64,000 nucleotides of DNA, taken from Nitrospirales bacterium (GTDB lineage: Bacteria > Nitrospirota > Nitrospiria > Nitrospirales > UBA8639). The position numbers were made by a program, and so were the translations under genes. This document shows, piece after piece, positions 45,101 through 60,100 of this stretch. The DNA is taken from positions 32,001 through 96,000 of the forward strand of contig CBDBCZ010000013.1 of NCBI GenBank assembly GCA_965203295.1, written 5' to 3'. Every line of letters begins with the position of its first letter. Positions within the stretch are counted from its first letter, which is position 1. A model generated the notes under the pieces. It made no database searches. It was not told where the DNA came from and saw only the letters and a list, made by a program, of their open reading frames with translations.

Positions 45101-48100
45101 CCCTGTGTACCCAGCAGTACAGTTGCATCGGAAACTGCCGTCATCGATGACACACGTCCCTTCATTCTGGCAGTCAATGGGGCACCCTGTATGTGCTGAA
45201 AGAAATTTTCAAAACCTGCATCAGATTCTCCTTGGACAGTATTGTCCTGTATTATCTTAAGATGTTCTATATAGAGCATGATTGTGTGTATGGTTTATTA
45301 TAGGACGAAGGCATGTACGGCAGTATCTAGTGCAACAGGAATGAATGACTGCCTGGTCCCTCCATGCAGTATCAGATATATATATTTTATTTATACCGTT
45401 TTTATTCTATTATTACGCATGGTCCAATTTAACGCAAGAAATTGTGATTCTAGGAAGTTATTATGAATCTAATCTAGCGCAAGTCCATCACTAATTATTT
45501 AAGGCAAGAGGTGTACAACTCCAGGAAATATACTTTGTAAATTGCATTATAAACTATTAGCTAAAACAACTGTTACTCAGTGAAGTCCACAAATGACTCT
45601 GAGTCTTCACTAAATGGCTCTTCTGAGTCTTCTGGATCTTGCTGCCTATGAAAATTCTGGTGAAACCTTGAGCCTACCTCTTGAAAAAACTGGCTTCTTT
45701 CAAAGCGACTAAACCACTCCTTTACAACGCATGATCTAATCTCAGACTAGCGCAAGAAATTCTATTCCAGGAATTTTCAATGAGTCTAATTTAGCGCAAA
45801 CAAAAAACTGAAATTAACTTATTTGCTTGCGTAATAATAGAATAAAGACGGTACATACCGTCTTTATTCTATTATTACGCAGGCTTATAAATCAAAATTC
45901 CTGGAATAGAATTTCTTATGTTAGATTAGGTCATTGTACAGGAGTAGTTTAGTGTATTATTTGGAGTTGTGGTCAAGGTTTTACAAGATGTTTGATCAGC
46001 AACAACAAACCCAAAAGACTCAGAAGAGCTATTTAGTGAAGACTCAGACCCATTTGTGGACAGTTGTTTTAGCTAATAGTTTATTACGTAATTTACAAAT
46101 TATAATATTTCTTTCCTAGAGTTGTAAACTCCTGCATTAGATTGGATTCAGCTTAAAATAATTAGTGATGGACTTGCTCTAGATTAGATTCATAATATAT
46201 TCCTAGAATCACAATTTCTTGGGATAAATTGGATGTTGCACAATAATAGAATAAAGATGGTACATATATATATATATATATATGAACTCTATATATAGGT
46301 TACTTTTAGGGGAATGACAAGGTAAGTACGTACTTTCCTTGTGACACTGAAACTTGAACAACACTTCTTGCCAGAGGCTGTCTTGGACTTGTGCCACCAG
46401 AATAAAGATTATCTATTATCTCATAGCTATATAGCTACACGGTATATAATATACATCGTATTGATGCAAACAGACAGCAGAATTGGGAGTAGGCTTTGTT
46501 TACTATGAATACGTGGTGGCAGGCAGTCTACACACGTGTATTCCTAGACATAAGATGGTATGCAAAAAGCAAAGCGTCCATTTGAGAGTGCTAGTCAATA
46601 CCCCATAGAAAAATGTCCCTCTGTAACACCAGTTAGAGTCTTACTCTAAATGGCACCTCTGGTCAGAAACAGTCTTAGATTTGTACCGTCAAACTATAAT
46701 TTGCCTAGTGTTATTTACTGACGTTAGCTAGCACAATTACGGCTGAAGCAAATACAATGACTCAAACACAAAGAAGCAGTGTTTTATATTGGGTACCCAC
46801 TAGTACTCTCGAATAGATGCTTGCTTTTTGCACACCAACTTATGTCTACAATTATGCACTGAAATGTAGGGAAAAGTTATGCTTTTTATTCAGTGTACTC
46901 ACCTCTGCAAGATGGCGGTGTGGGTTGAAATTCTGCGCTGTCCATGTCCACTAAAGTGCATGTCACGGTTGCATTTCCTATCAGCTCAAACCCCGAATTA
47001 CAGGTGTAAGTAGCCATGTCACCGATGGAGGTGCCATTGAGTGTCACCATGCCATTGTCAATATCAACCGGATCATCACATAGTGCTACAGAGCAAAATA
47101 ATGGAAATAATGCCATGATGGAAGTTACCTTTGTTTGTGTGCAAGAGCTGATTTGTCTGTGAATGAGCTCAGTCGTTGTAAACCTCTGTGTTTCATCTCA
47201 TACCCATACAAATAAGCGGATAAATATTCCTCAGGAGAAAACACATGCTACTATGATTGACCTATGCAACCAAAAAAATAGACATTACTCATTCACTGCA
47301 CTCACGCCTGCAAAACGATGTTGCTGGTTCAAGCTCTGCACTGCCCATTTCCACTTGTGAACATGTTGTGGCTGTATCTCCGATCAGCTCAAAACCCGAA
47401 TCACAGGTGTAAGTAGCTATGAGAGTCACCTTGCCATTGTAAAGGTAAACCGGATCATCGCACAGTGCTAGCGCTGCAGAGCAAGATTCATGCAAACTTA
47501 ATACTGTAAAGGATGTAATATCTGCCCACTCCCTTCTTTGAGCAAAATTTAATTGGGAGAATATTCATATACGCAGTATCAGCCCACCCTTAAATTTGGT
47601 CTTCAGTGCACTTTATTTGGAATAGTGATGGTAAGTCTGATAGCTATTTAGCTAGCAGCATGCATTATTAATATACAGCTTTTTCAGTACAGTTTGCATC
47701 CACTTTTGCATGGTAGCTACTTGCCAAGAAAAACAAAACTTACCTCATATACAAGCTCTGCACACCGCTTGTTTTCAAGTGGGTGGATACTACATCACTT
47801 TCACAAATACTGTGTATTATCTGCCCACCCCCCTCTTTAGCTTGCACTTAAGTGGCCCACCCATAAGTGGATAATATGTAGTTTACAGTATTACTACATA
47901 GAAGGAAAGTGCCTGCATTTGTGTGCTGTATCTGATTGGTCTGTGTATGAGCTTATTTAATCCTCAGACATTTATCCCCTACTCATACATGTTATGGCAC
48001 AAATAAAGAGGTAGATCACTTGTACAAAACACCCACTACTACGATTGACACATGCAACCGAAAATGGCATATAGTCATTAGTTATTCAGTTTACTCACGC

Positions 48101-51100
48101 CTGCAAGATGGTGGTTCTGGTTGAAATTCTGCTGTGTCCATGTTCACTAGCGTACATGTTGTGGTTTCATCTCCGATCAGCTCGAAGCCCGAATCACAGG
48201 TGTATGTAGCCATGTCACCAACAGAATTGCCACTGAATGTCACCATGCCATTGTCTATGACAACTGGATTGTCACACAGTGCTGCAAAGCAAGAATCAAG
48301 CATATAATGCTAAGATGGAACCTACCTGCATTTGTGTGCTGGAGCTGATTGGTTTGGGAATAATCTTAACAGCTGAAAAGCTAGAGGTTTATCCCATGCA
48401 CGTAAATGCATGCAAAGTGTACTGGTGGTTCCTTAGTACAAAACACATGCTACTGTGTTTGACACATGCAACTATGTAGCCATTCTAGGGAGTGTATAGT
48501 TTGCAATTATTCACTGCACTCACGCCTGCAAGATGGCAGTGCTGGTTGAAGTTCGGTACTGTTCATATCCACCAGTGTACATGTTGTGGTTGCATCTCCG
48601 ATCAACTCAAAGCCCGAATCACAGGTGTAAGTAGCCATAATAGTCACCTTGCCATTGTCAAGGTGAACTGGATCATCACACTGTGTGAGCACTGCATATA
48701 TAGCAACATTCATGCAAATGAATGCCAACATGGAACCTACATGAAGTTGGTCTGGAAACAAGCTTATATACATGTACATAAAATGCACTAGTGACTCTTT
48801 GTACAAAACACATGCAATTGATAGGGAACCTAAAGAATTTTTATGGCAAAGTTTTTTATTCAGTGTACTCACGCCTGCAAGATGGTGGTGCCGGTTGAAA
48901 TTCTGCACTGTACATGTGCATTAGTGTACATGTAACTGTTGTATCTCCAAAGAGTTCAAAGCCCAAATCACAGGTGTAAGTAGCCACGTCACCAACCAAG
49001 TTGCCAGTGAATGTCACCGTGCCATTGTCAATGTCAACTGGATCATCACACAAAGCTAGTGCTGCAGAACAAGTACACACAAATAATGCCATCTGCATTT
49101 GTGTGCAGGATCCAGGAACTAGCTTAGTAGTCATGTACTTCAGAGATTCACGCTAGACCCATATGTACATGTCTATGCACATGCATAAATACCCTGGTGG
49201 CTGCCTGAATGTATACATACCTAGTGGGAATTACATTCAGTGTACTCACGCCTGCAAGATGGTGGTGCCGGTTGAAATTCTGCACTGTCCATATCCACTA
49301 GTGAACATGTTGTGGTTGCACATCCGGTCAGCTTAAAGCCAAAATTACAGGTGTAAGTAGCTATGTCTCCAATGGAGTTGCCATTAACTGTCACAGTGCC
49401 ACTGTCAATGTCAACTGGATCATCACACAATGCTGCATAAGGAGATTCATGCAAATTCTGCCATGATGAAACCTGCCTACATTTGTGTGCAGGAGCTGAT
49501 AGGTCAGGTAATGCGGTTTACAACTACTATGCTCATTCTTAGACCAATCAGCTCCTGCACAGTGTAGGTTTGCTGTCACCTTAACCTGAGAGTGCTGTGG
49601 CATATCTAAGCTACAGTGTAAGGCAAGTATAGTCTAGCTGTAGGTTCCCAAATGCAAGAATGACCACAGGGAGAGTCTAGAGTTATCTAGGGAGACAACA
49701 CTAGACTACCACTATATGTGTAGAAAATGCTTGAAAATTAAATCTTTACAAATACAAGCATATTGGGAAATAAGAAAGAACATTCAGTACACTCACACAT
49801 GCAAGATGGTGGTGGCAGCTGAAATTCTGCATTGAATATTGTGTAGCACAACCACACTAATGTACAACATGTTCCTCACCCAACCCCCCCCCCCCACCCC
49901 TTCTGTCAAAAAAACAACAAAAAGAAACAATAACAACAGGAACAAATTTGTTCTCAAAAATGAAAGAGCGTGCACTCTAGAATGAGTTGTCAGATATAAA
50001 GACCAAACCACCAGTGATCTCAAATATATAACCACGAGGTGCCAATGTAGTCTCGAACCCAGGCTTTTCAGATTTTTGCACAGCCATGAAAAAAATTCGC
50101 AGCAATTTTTTTCCACGGCTGCAAAAAGATTTGTGCGAAAGGCTAGGGTTCCAGAATAGTGCTCATGCTGATTATGCGTTAGATGCATGAGGTGCATCAT
50201 TGATGCAATCCTTTTAGCTAGCCCCAATGCAGGATTTGAAGAATCACTGCTGTAACACTCTGATGAAGGTATATACTGAACTAGTAGCTATAGCTGTAAA
50301 ATAGTCGACAAACAGAAAATAGAGTGCTAAATGAGGCTAGTGAGCATTTGTAGTAAGGACAGGCTGGCTGGTCTTAATATCAGGCCACCATCAAGTCAGA
50401 GAACACCTACAGTGGCCGAATCACACTGAGGAATGCTCTCAACAGGATCACAACACACTTAAACTAACAGCTCATTACTTTACAGCTTATTCTCGCAAGT
50501 TACAGCAATGTAAAAGCAATTCTGATGGCTGCATACACTAATCATTAAAGAGCACTCTTGGCTGGGCACACCACAGTTGCCTAAGTGATTGTAATGGTAT
50601 GTGAACACCCATGCGGAAGTGTAAACTTTCAACTCAAAGTTTGGGGGTCGAGAAGTTCAATTTCCGACCCTTTTCCCCCAGATCTTCCCAATTCACTATT
50701 GTTTCCATTTCAAACCACATATATTGTTAAAAACATATTGCCCATGTGCATTATGCCAGTTTATTACCCAAAAAATGTAATTATGTTACAAATACAGCAG
50801 CAGGTGTGGTTTATGGCTAGTTAGCAAAAGATGGACTTGGACTGAACTCTCCACAGAAATGAAGCAAACATCTCCCAAGCTTCCAATCGTTGTTGCATTC
50901 AAGCGTGATTGACAGAAAGAAAGTGCCTTCCTTCTGATATAATTATATCGATACCAAATGATAATTATTTATCACCATTTTGAGAATAATGATTTGAATG
51001 ATAAGCAGGCGTCTATAGACAGCTAGCCTTATTTTGAAACTCCTATGGCCATTCAATTGCACAGAATTTTTCATTTTATGACAGCTGCAATTCATTGCAG

Positions 51101-54100
51101 ATTATCTCATGAACTGCATGGGGAAGGCCCTGAAATAGTACTAAAATGAAAGAATGAGTGTGCTGCAATGTTACGAACCACAATAGAGAGCTCCCCCTTT
51201 CCGACATTATCTCAATGACATGTATACACGTCTATGGGAATATGATGTACTATACATGATGTGTGTAGACCTCTATGGGGAAAGCAACGTGTGGTATACA
51301 TGTTGAGGTTCTCAGATATATTGCACAAGGCTAAAAATGGTAGAAAAGTGGAGTAGGCGAAAACTGTCATTAAAGACAAAGTAGAAGAGTTGCGGGAAAA
51401 ATCGTTTGCGAAAAAGTCTAACATCTTGGACATTATTTTCCCTGTGGAATTGATCAGAATCACTACTAGTTTCTTGGGTAAGCCTAACTCAAGTTTTTCA
51501 ATTTCAGTCTCTGATTTGAATTGCCTGCATCTCAGCCATTCTGTGATTGATTGACTGATTTTCATTCAATTCAGCCTGTGCTTGTTGATGTGCACCGAAT
51601 CCTCTATAATAGATGCAAATGCACTAATGGTTCCTTCATAAGCTGACATATTCAACCTAAAAAGGCATATATAATTTCAGGAAGTTAAAAGAGTTATATA
51701 TTACACTTCTTGCTATACTCACGCCTGCAGGCTGGTGGTGTCCAAAGTGGATTTTTTTTAACAAAGTGGTGCAAACCTTGCTGGCAAGGTTTGCACCACT
51801 TCGTTAAAAAATCCACTTTTTTTGATAGGAATCTGCTCATTAGTTGTATATAGGGCCTCAAAAAAGTCTAGCTCACACTCATGCTGGGTACCAGTGTGAT
51901 CAGCGTAGGTGGGGCTGTCATGCAAAATCTGGACTGTACATGCTACATATACCTTCCTTCCCAATATATGGACATACACACAGCGCTCCATTTTTGAGCC
52001 TTCACGCCCTTCTGGCACAACCATAAAGTCCCATATAAAATGTTTGGTCGTTAAATACGCAAATGCGACATCTTATTCTAGACTGGGATGCAATGTTAAA
52101 AAAGTAACCAAGGAATGACATCACAAAACATTCAGAAATTACCATCAATTCATCTGGCCAATCACATACAATTTTCAGAACACTCACGGCTGCAAGATGG
52201 CGGTGTGGGTTGAAATTCTGCGCTGTCCATGTCCACTAAAGTGCATGTCACGGTTGCATTTCCAATCAGTTCAAAGCCAAAATTGCAGGTGAAAGTAGCC
52301 ATGTCACCAGGCAGAATGCCATTAATTATTACTCTGCCATTGTCAATGTCAACTGGAACATCACACAATGCCAAAGCTGCAGATCAAGATTTATGTAAAA
52401 AGTGTCAAGGCAGAACCTATGATAGATGCAAATGCACTAATGGTTCCTTCATAAGCTGACATATTCAACCTAAAAAGGAACATATAATTTCAGGAAGTTA
52501 AAGGAGTTATATATTATTCTTCTTGCTATACTCACGCCTGCAAGATGGTGGTGTCGGTTGAAATTCTGCACTGTCCATATCCACTAGTGCACATGTTGCA
52601 GTTTCATTTCCGATCAGTTCAAAGCCCACATTACAGGTGTAAGTAGCCACATCACCAATGGAATTACCATTTAATGTCACCATCCCATTGTCAAAGTCAA
52701 CCGGATCATCACACAATGCTGTAGAGTAAGATTCATGAAAACTATGCTATGATACAACCTACTTGCAATTGTTTGCATGAAGTGATACAAGATTTAAATC
52801 TTTAAACTACAGATTCTTCCCAACTGATGTATGTATAAGGCTTATTGCACTGTTAGCTATACAGTACATATGCTACAAAAGCAACAAAATCATCGGTGAT
52901 TGCATCTCCAATTTATTCAAAGCCCAAATCACAAGTGTATGTAGCCATATCACTTATGTCGGTGCCATTGACAGTCACACTTCCACTGTCAGTATCAACC
53001 GGATCATCACACAATGCTAGCACTGCAGAACAAGGTGTCTAGGTAGAAGCTATGACATATAATGCGCAGGAGATGATTAATGTTGGAATGATGTAAATTG
53101 ACTAGTGACTCCATAAAATATTACAACGCACATCGTGATATTAAGATTGACATATGAAATCTAAACCGGCCTGTAGTTATTTTACATGCTTACGTCTGCA
53201 AGATGATATTTAACATATACCCACACACATATGCACATAAATGCACTAATGACCTTTTTGTACAAAAACCATTTCTTTTAAATTATGTATGTAGACACAC
53301 TCAGCTGAGAATGGTAGCCATTCCAGAAAATTATAGCGTTTATTCTGTGTACTTACGCCTGCAAGATGGTAGTGCCGGTTGAAATTCTGCACTGTCTCTA
53401 TCCACTAGAGTACATGTCGTGGTCGCATCTCCAATTAGTTCGAAGCCCAAATCGCAAGTGTAAGTAGCCACATCACCGATGACGATGCCATTGAAAGTTA
53501 TCGTGCCATTGTCAATGTCAACCGGATCATCACACAATGCTACAGAACAAGATTCATTAAAGGTAACTAGACAGTAGCTATTGCAAATAATGCACAGGAG
53601 ATGATTAACCTGGGAATGATGTAAATGGACTAGTGAAGCTACGAAGATTGACATATGAAATCTAAAATGGCCTGAAGCTATTCTGAGAAATTTTGCATAC
53701 TCACGTCTGCAAGATGGTGCTGCCGGTTGAAATTCTGCACTGCTCATATTCAATAGTGTACATATGGTGGTTGTGTTTCCGATCAGCTCAAAGCCCAAAT
53801 CACAGGTGTAAGTAGCCACAACACCAACAGAGTTGCCATTGACGGTTACCATGCCATTGCCAATGTCAACAGGATCATCACACAGTGCTGCAGAGTAAAA
53901 TTTATGCGAACAAGACCATCATGTAACATAGCTACATCTGTGTGTAGGGTTAGGGTGGCCTGGGAATGAACTTACAACTCATTTAATCAGATATTCACAT
54001 ACATAAAAATAATCACTGTCTCTCTATTACAAAATGCGAGTTAATATGATAGACACAGAAACCAAAACGGCACATAGTATTTCAGGGTGTTTGTACCACA

Positions 54101-57100
54101 GCAGCCATATAGTTCAAAGGTACCGCCTGCAGTGTATTTCCCAGAAGACAGCTGGCCTGCTGACCCCAAGTTGCAAGCTCAGCCATACACTAGGTGTCAA
54201 AAACTCATACACTCCTTGTGGTCAGCCATACACTACGCTGAGTCAGCCATACAATCCCTGTGGTCAGGCATACACTACGTTGCTGTGGTACAAAGCGGTT
54301 ATTCCACTCCCACTCAGAAGTTTAGCAGATACACTACTCGAGCTTCGCCCTCGTAGTGTATATCCGCTAAACCTCTTTGTGGTCGTGGTATAACCTATAT
54401 TTATTCTGTGTACTCACGCCGGCAAGACGGTGGTGCTAGTTGAAATTCTGCACTGTCCGTATCCACTAGTGCACATGTTGTGGTCGCATTTCCGATCAGC
54501 TCAAAGCCCAAATCACAGGTGTAAGTAGCCACATCACCAATGGAATTTCCAGTGAGTGTCACCATGCCGTTGTCAATGTCAACCGGATTATCACACAATG
54601 CTGCAGAGCAAGATTGAATGCCATGATGCAGCCTAGCTACTTGTATTTGCTTGCATGAAGTGGTGAATGTGAATATGGGCTTAAAATTTCATTGTAAACC
54701 ACCGATTTTTCCCTACTGATATAATATTATGTACAAGTATAGTTGTGCATGCTTCACTCGCACAACTACTTGTCCCTGTTGAGCTCGCTTGCTGCACTCG
54801 CTCTGTATAGATAGAATTTAAAAATGTGATCCGGATTCCGGATGTGATTGTATGGAACATTTAGCATCTGATAGTATAGTGCTGCTGACGGATCCCGACC
54901 GAGGCAGTAACTCAGAGGAGACTACAAACAACTGCAAAACAATATTATAGGCACGCTAAGCTGTTGCTCTTCACAACCATAGCCTAGAATACATGTACAC
55001 ACTGACTCCACCGCTCAGCATGGCTACTCGCATGTTCATACATACGTAATCACTGCAGTAAGTATGAATGGTTCAATGTGTAAATGTGCACACCACATTT
55101 TCCTTTTGTGGAAAAATTACTTTGTTGTGTAACCTCTATGCTGTGTCATGCATGTGAATGGAAAACCTTTCTGCCATGGGCTACATGCAGGTGAATGGCA
55201 CCAACTCTATTTAATGCACACCTAAGTGGTTTCTCTAGCATATATAGCAGTTATAGCTCTGCTTGGTTTTCACTTACAGGACTATACCATAACTAAATTT
55301 TGTGATAAAGTGCCCATAATCACGTCTCGTAGAATTTGCTAGCATCATCTCGCACTTCAGAACAGACAACAGACACGTGGTACTTTGACCTGTGACCGTG
55401 GACTTAGCTATTGCATGGTTAAAGTTTATTCGGAATTGCACGCATGCGGCTTCCATTTCTGTTTTTTACACGTATGCATGGACGAACACACGGACACAAC
55501 CAGGCATAATAATAGATAAAAATTATTGCACTAATAGCCACGACACATAGCTACTGCAACAAACAACCAAAATTGGTAGGTATGCATTATAGTTATTAAT
55601 CCATGTACTCACGCCTGCAAGATGGTGGTGTAGGTTGAAATTCTGCACTGTCTATATCCACAAGTGCACATGTTGCAGTTCCATTTCCATTAACTTCAAA
55701 GCCCACATTACAGGTGTAAGTAGCCACATCACCAATGGAATTCCCACTGAATGCCACCATCCCATTGTCAATGTGAACCGGATTATCACACAATGCTGCA
55801 GAGCAAGATTCATGCGAGCAATGACATGATACAATTATCTACTTGCATTTGTTTGCATGAAGTGGAGTGTGTGGATATCAGCTGTAAACCACAGATTCCT
55901 CCATACTGATATATTTATAAAACCTATTGCAGTGATATCCCGAACACATGCTACGACATACAAACAAAAATGGTAGGTAGCTAAGCGTTTACACTTATTA
56001 TATGTACTGTTCCATGCACTCACGGCTGCAGGATGGCGGTACAGGTTGATATTCTGCACTGTCTATATCCGCTAGAGTACATGTCGTGTTTGCATCTCCA
56101 ATTAGTTCAAAATCCGGATCGCAAGTGTAAGTAGCAACATCACCGATGATGGTGCCATTGAAAGTTACTGTGCCATTGTCAATGTCAGCCGGATCATCAC
56201 ACAATGCTAGAACGAGATTCATTGAATGGTGACCAAATAGATAGAAGCTATTACAATTAATGTGGAGGAAATAATTAATCATGGAATGATGTAGCTAAAT
56301 GGACTAGTGACTCCATACTATAAAGCACAACATGCTACTAAGATTGACATGTAAAATCCAAAACAGCCTGAAGTTATTCTATGAAATTTTGCAAACTCAC
56401 GTCTGCAAGATGGTGGTTCTGGTTGAAATTCTGCACTGCTCATATTCAATAGTGTACATATTGTGGTTGTGTTTCCGATCAGCTCAAAGCCCAAATCACA
56501 GGTGTAAGTAGCTGCAACACCAACGGAGTTGCCATTCAATGTCAACATGCCATTGCGAATGTCAACTGGATTGTCACACAGTGCTGCAGGGCAAAATTCA
56601 TGCAAACAATGCAATCATACAATATACGTAACTGCAATTGTGTGCCGGGGCTGAGTGGCCCGGGAATGAGTTTACAACATATTCACAGACATATATAAAA
56701 TCATTGGCTCTTATTACATAACGCCTGCCAATATGATAGACACGTGAATCCAAAATGGCACGTAATAATTCAGGGTGTTTGTACTTTCATTCTGTGTACT
56801 CACGCCTGCAAGATGGTGGTGCTGGTCGAAATTTTGCACTGTTCATATCCACTAGTGCACATGTTGTGGTTGCATTTCCAATCAGCTCAAAGCCCAAATC
56901 ACAGGTGTAAGTAGCCACATCACCAATGGAATTTCCAATAAATGTCGCCATGCCGTTGTCAATGTCAACCGGATTATCACACAATGCTACAGAGCAAGAT
57001 TTATGCAAGTAACGCCATTATGCAAAATAGATGAATTTGAGTACAGGGGCTGGATAGTCTGGGAATGAGCTTACAAGTTGTTTATTCACATATATATATA

Positions 57101-60100
57101 TATATATATTATATAATCACTGGATCTTTATTACAGAACGCAAGCTACTATGATAGACACAAAAAATAAATGGTAATTCGCTTTTTTTCGTCTAGTAAAT
57201 TTTTGTGAAAATAATATTCGTGTAAAACAATTTTCGTACAATCAAATTGTACAAAAATATTTTTACAATGTGCGCATGGTGGGCATTAATTGAGAAGGTC
57301 GCACCGCGTGCCATGTGAAATAGACGGGTCGAGATGGCTTGCCGCGGTGAGAAGGAGGTTACTTGTTGTGTTAGAGGCTACCACGTGTACAAAGATATGT
57401 CGGCAGCAGCAATTGGGGAAGAGCTGGTATGTGGCAGGGAGCCGACCAACATGGCTGACAGGTACGCCGTAGCGGTACTGAAGCAAGAAACTGTCATTGG
57501 ACACTTGCCAAGAAAGATATCAAAAGTGTGTTTCCTGTTCTTGCGAATAGGAGGCTCTATATGCTGCACAGTGATGGGGAGTAGGTGCCATCCTAGCGAT
57601 CTACCACTGCGTCATTACTATACGTACGTACCTGTCCTAAATATTCGTCGGAAAATTTTTTGTTGTAAAATAATATTCGCGTAAAAAAAATTCGTTCATT
57701 TTCTCCGTACAAAGATATTTTTACAACAAAAAAAAAAGCAAATTACGGTAGTAGTGTTTGTATTCTATTCTGTGTACTCACGCCTGCAAGATGGTGGTGC
57801 TGGTTGAAATTCTGCACGAACCATATCCACTAGTGCACATGTTGTGGTTGCATTTCCGATCAGTTCAAAGCCCAAATCACAGGTGTAAGTAGCCACATCA
57901 CCAATGGAATTTCCAGTGAATGTCGCCATGCCATTGTCAATGTCAACCGGATTATCGCACAATGCTGCAGAGTAAGATTTAATGCTATGATACAGCCTTT
58001 TTGCATTGAAGTAGTGAGTGTGGATATGAGTTTAGAATTTGCAAACCAAAGATTCTTTCCTACTGATATGTATAAAATTTATTGCATTGATAGCCAGAAC
58101 ACATGCTGCAACAAACAACAAAATTAGTAGGTAGGCGTTTACACTTAACACATTTAATAATCCTTTCACCCTTTTATAGGCCACTTGCCTGCCCAAAGAA
58201 ACAAAAGCAAGTTAATACTTTATATTGACGCCTAATATAAAACACCATACTGTAAATTGATGTGGGCCTTATAGCAGGTCTCTACCAGTGAAAGGGTTAA
58301 TCTATGTACTCACGCCTGCAAGATGGTGGTGCAGGTTGAAATTTTGCACTGTCCATATCCAATAATGCACATGTTGCAGTTCTCTTTCCGATCAGTTCAA
58401 AGTCCACGTTACAGGTGTAAGTAGCCACGTCGCTGATGGAAATGCCATTGAATGTCACCATGCCGTTGTCAATGTCAACCGGATCATCACACAATGCTGC
58501 AGAGCAAGATTCATGTGAACAATGAGATGATGCAACCTACCAGCATTTGTTTGCATTAAGTGGGGAGTTTGGATATGAGCTTAGCATTTCTAAACCACAG
58601 ATTCTTCCATACTGATATATTTATAAAAACTATTGCAGCGGTATCTAGAACACGTTTCAATATACAAACAAAATGGTAAGTAAGCATTTACACTTAATTA
58701 ATATATCTACAGTTCCATGCACTCACGGCTGCAAGATGGCGGTGCAGGTTGAAATTCTGCGCTGTCTGTATCCACTAGAGTACATGTTGTGGTTGCATCT
58801 CCAATTAGTTCAAAACCAAAATCGCAAGTGTAAGTAGCCACATCACCCATGGCGGTGCCATTGAAAGTCACAGTGCTATTGTCAATGTCAACTGGATCAT
58901 TACACAGTGCTAGCACAGTAGAACAAGATTCAATGAATGGTGACCAAACAGAAGCTATCCCAATTAAGATGATTAATCATGGAATGATGTAAATGAACTA
59001 GTGACTCCATATTACAATGGGCAACATGCTACTACGTTTGACATATAAAGCGGCCTGTAGTTATTCTAGGAAATTTTGCATACTCACATCTGCAAGATGG
59101 TGGTGACGGTTGGAATTCTGTACTGCTCATATTCAATAGTGTACATATAGTGGTTGTGTTTCCGATCAGCTCAAAGCCCAAATCACAGGTGTAAGTAGCC
59201 ACATCACCAACCGAGTTGCCATTGAAGGTTACCATGCCATTGCCAATGTCAACCGGATTACCACACAGTGCTGCGAAGCAAAATTTATTTATACAAACAA
59301 TGCCACCATGCAACTTAGTTGCAATTGTGTGCTAGGCTGGGCGGTTTGGGAATGAGCTTACAACTCATACTCATATACATAAATTATTGGCCCTTTATTA
59401 CAGAACACAAGCTACTATGATAGATACATAAAACCAAATGGCATGTAGTAAGTCTGGGTGTTGGTACTCTATTCTGTGTGCTCACGTCTGCAAGATGATG
59501 GTACTGGTTGAAATTCTGCACTGTCTGTATCCACTAGTGCACATGTTGTGGTCGCATTTCCGATCAGTTCAAAGCCCAAATCACAGGTGTAAGTAGCCAC
59601 ATCACCAATGGAATTTCCAGTGAGTGTCACCATGCCGTTGCCAATGTCAACCGGATTATCACACAATGCTGCAGAGCAAGATTGAATGCCAATAATGCAG
59701 CCTAGCTACTTGTATTTGCTTGCATGAAGTGGTGAGTGTGGATATGAGCTTAGAATTGGTAAACCACAGAGTTTTCCCACTGATATGTGTCTAAAATCTA
59801 CTGCACTGATAGTCAGACCACATGCTATATCAAACAACCAAAAATGTTACGTAGGTGTTTACACTTAATATATATATTCATCCATATATCAATATACTCA
59901 CGCCTGCAAGATGGTGGTGTAGGTTGAAATTCAGCACTGTCCATGACCACTAGTGCACATGTTGCAGTTCCATTTCCGATCAGTTCAAAGTCCACATTAC
60001 AGGTGTAAGTAGCCACATCACCGACGGAATTACCATTGAACGTCATCATCCCGTTGTCAATGTCACCTGGATCATCACACAATGCTGCAAAGCAAGATTC

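Noticed and set aside
49793..52024. ORFs of 144, 117 and 88 aa in the gap of the Sushi array
   Set aside because: No recognisable domain or transposase motif. The region looks like decayed insertions.
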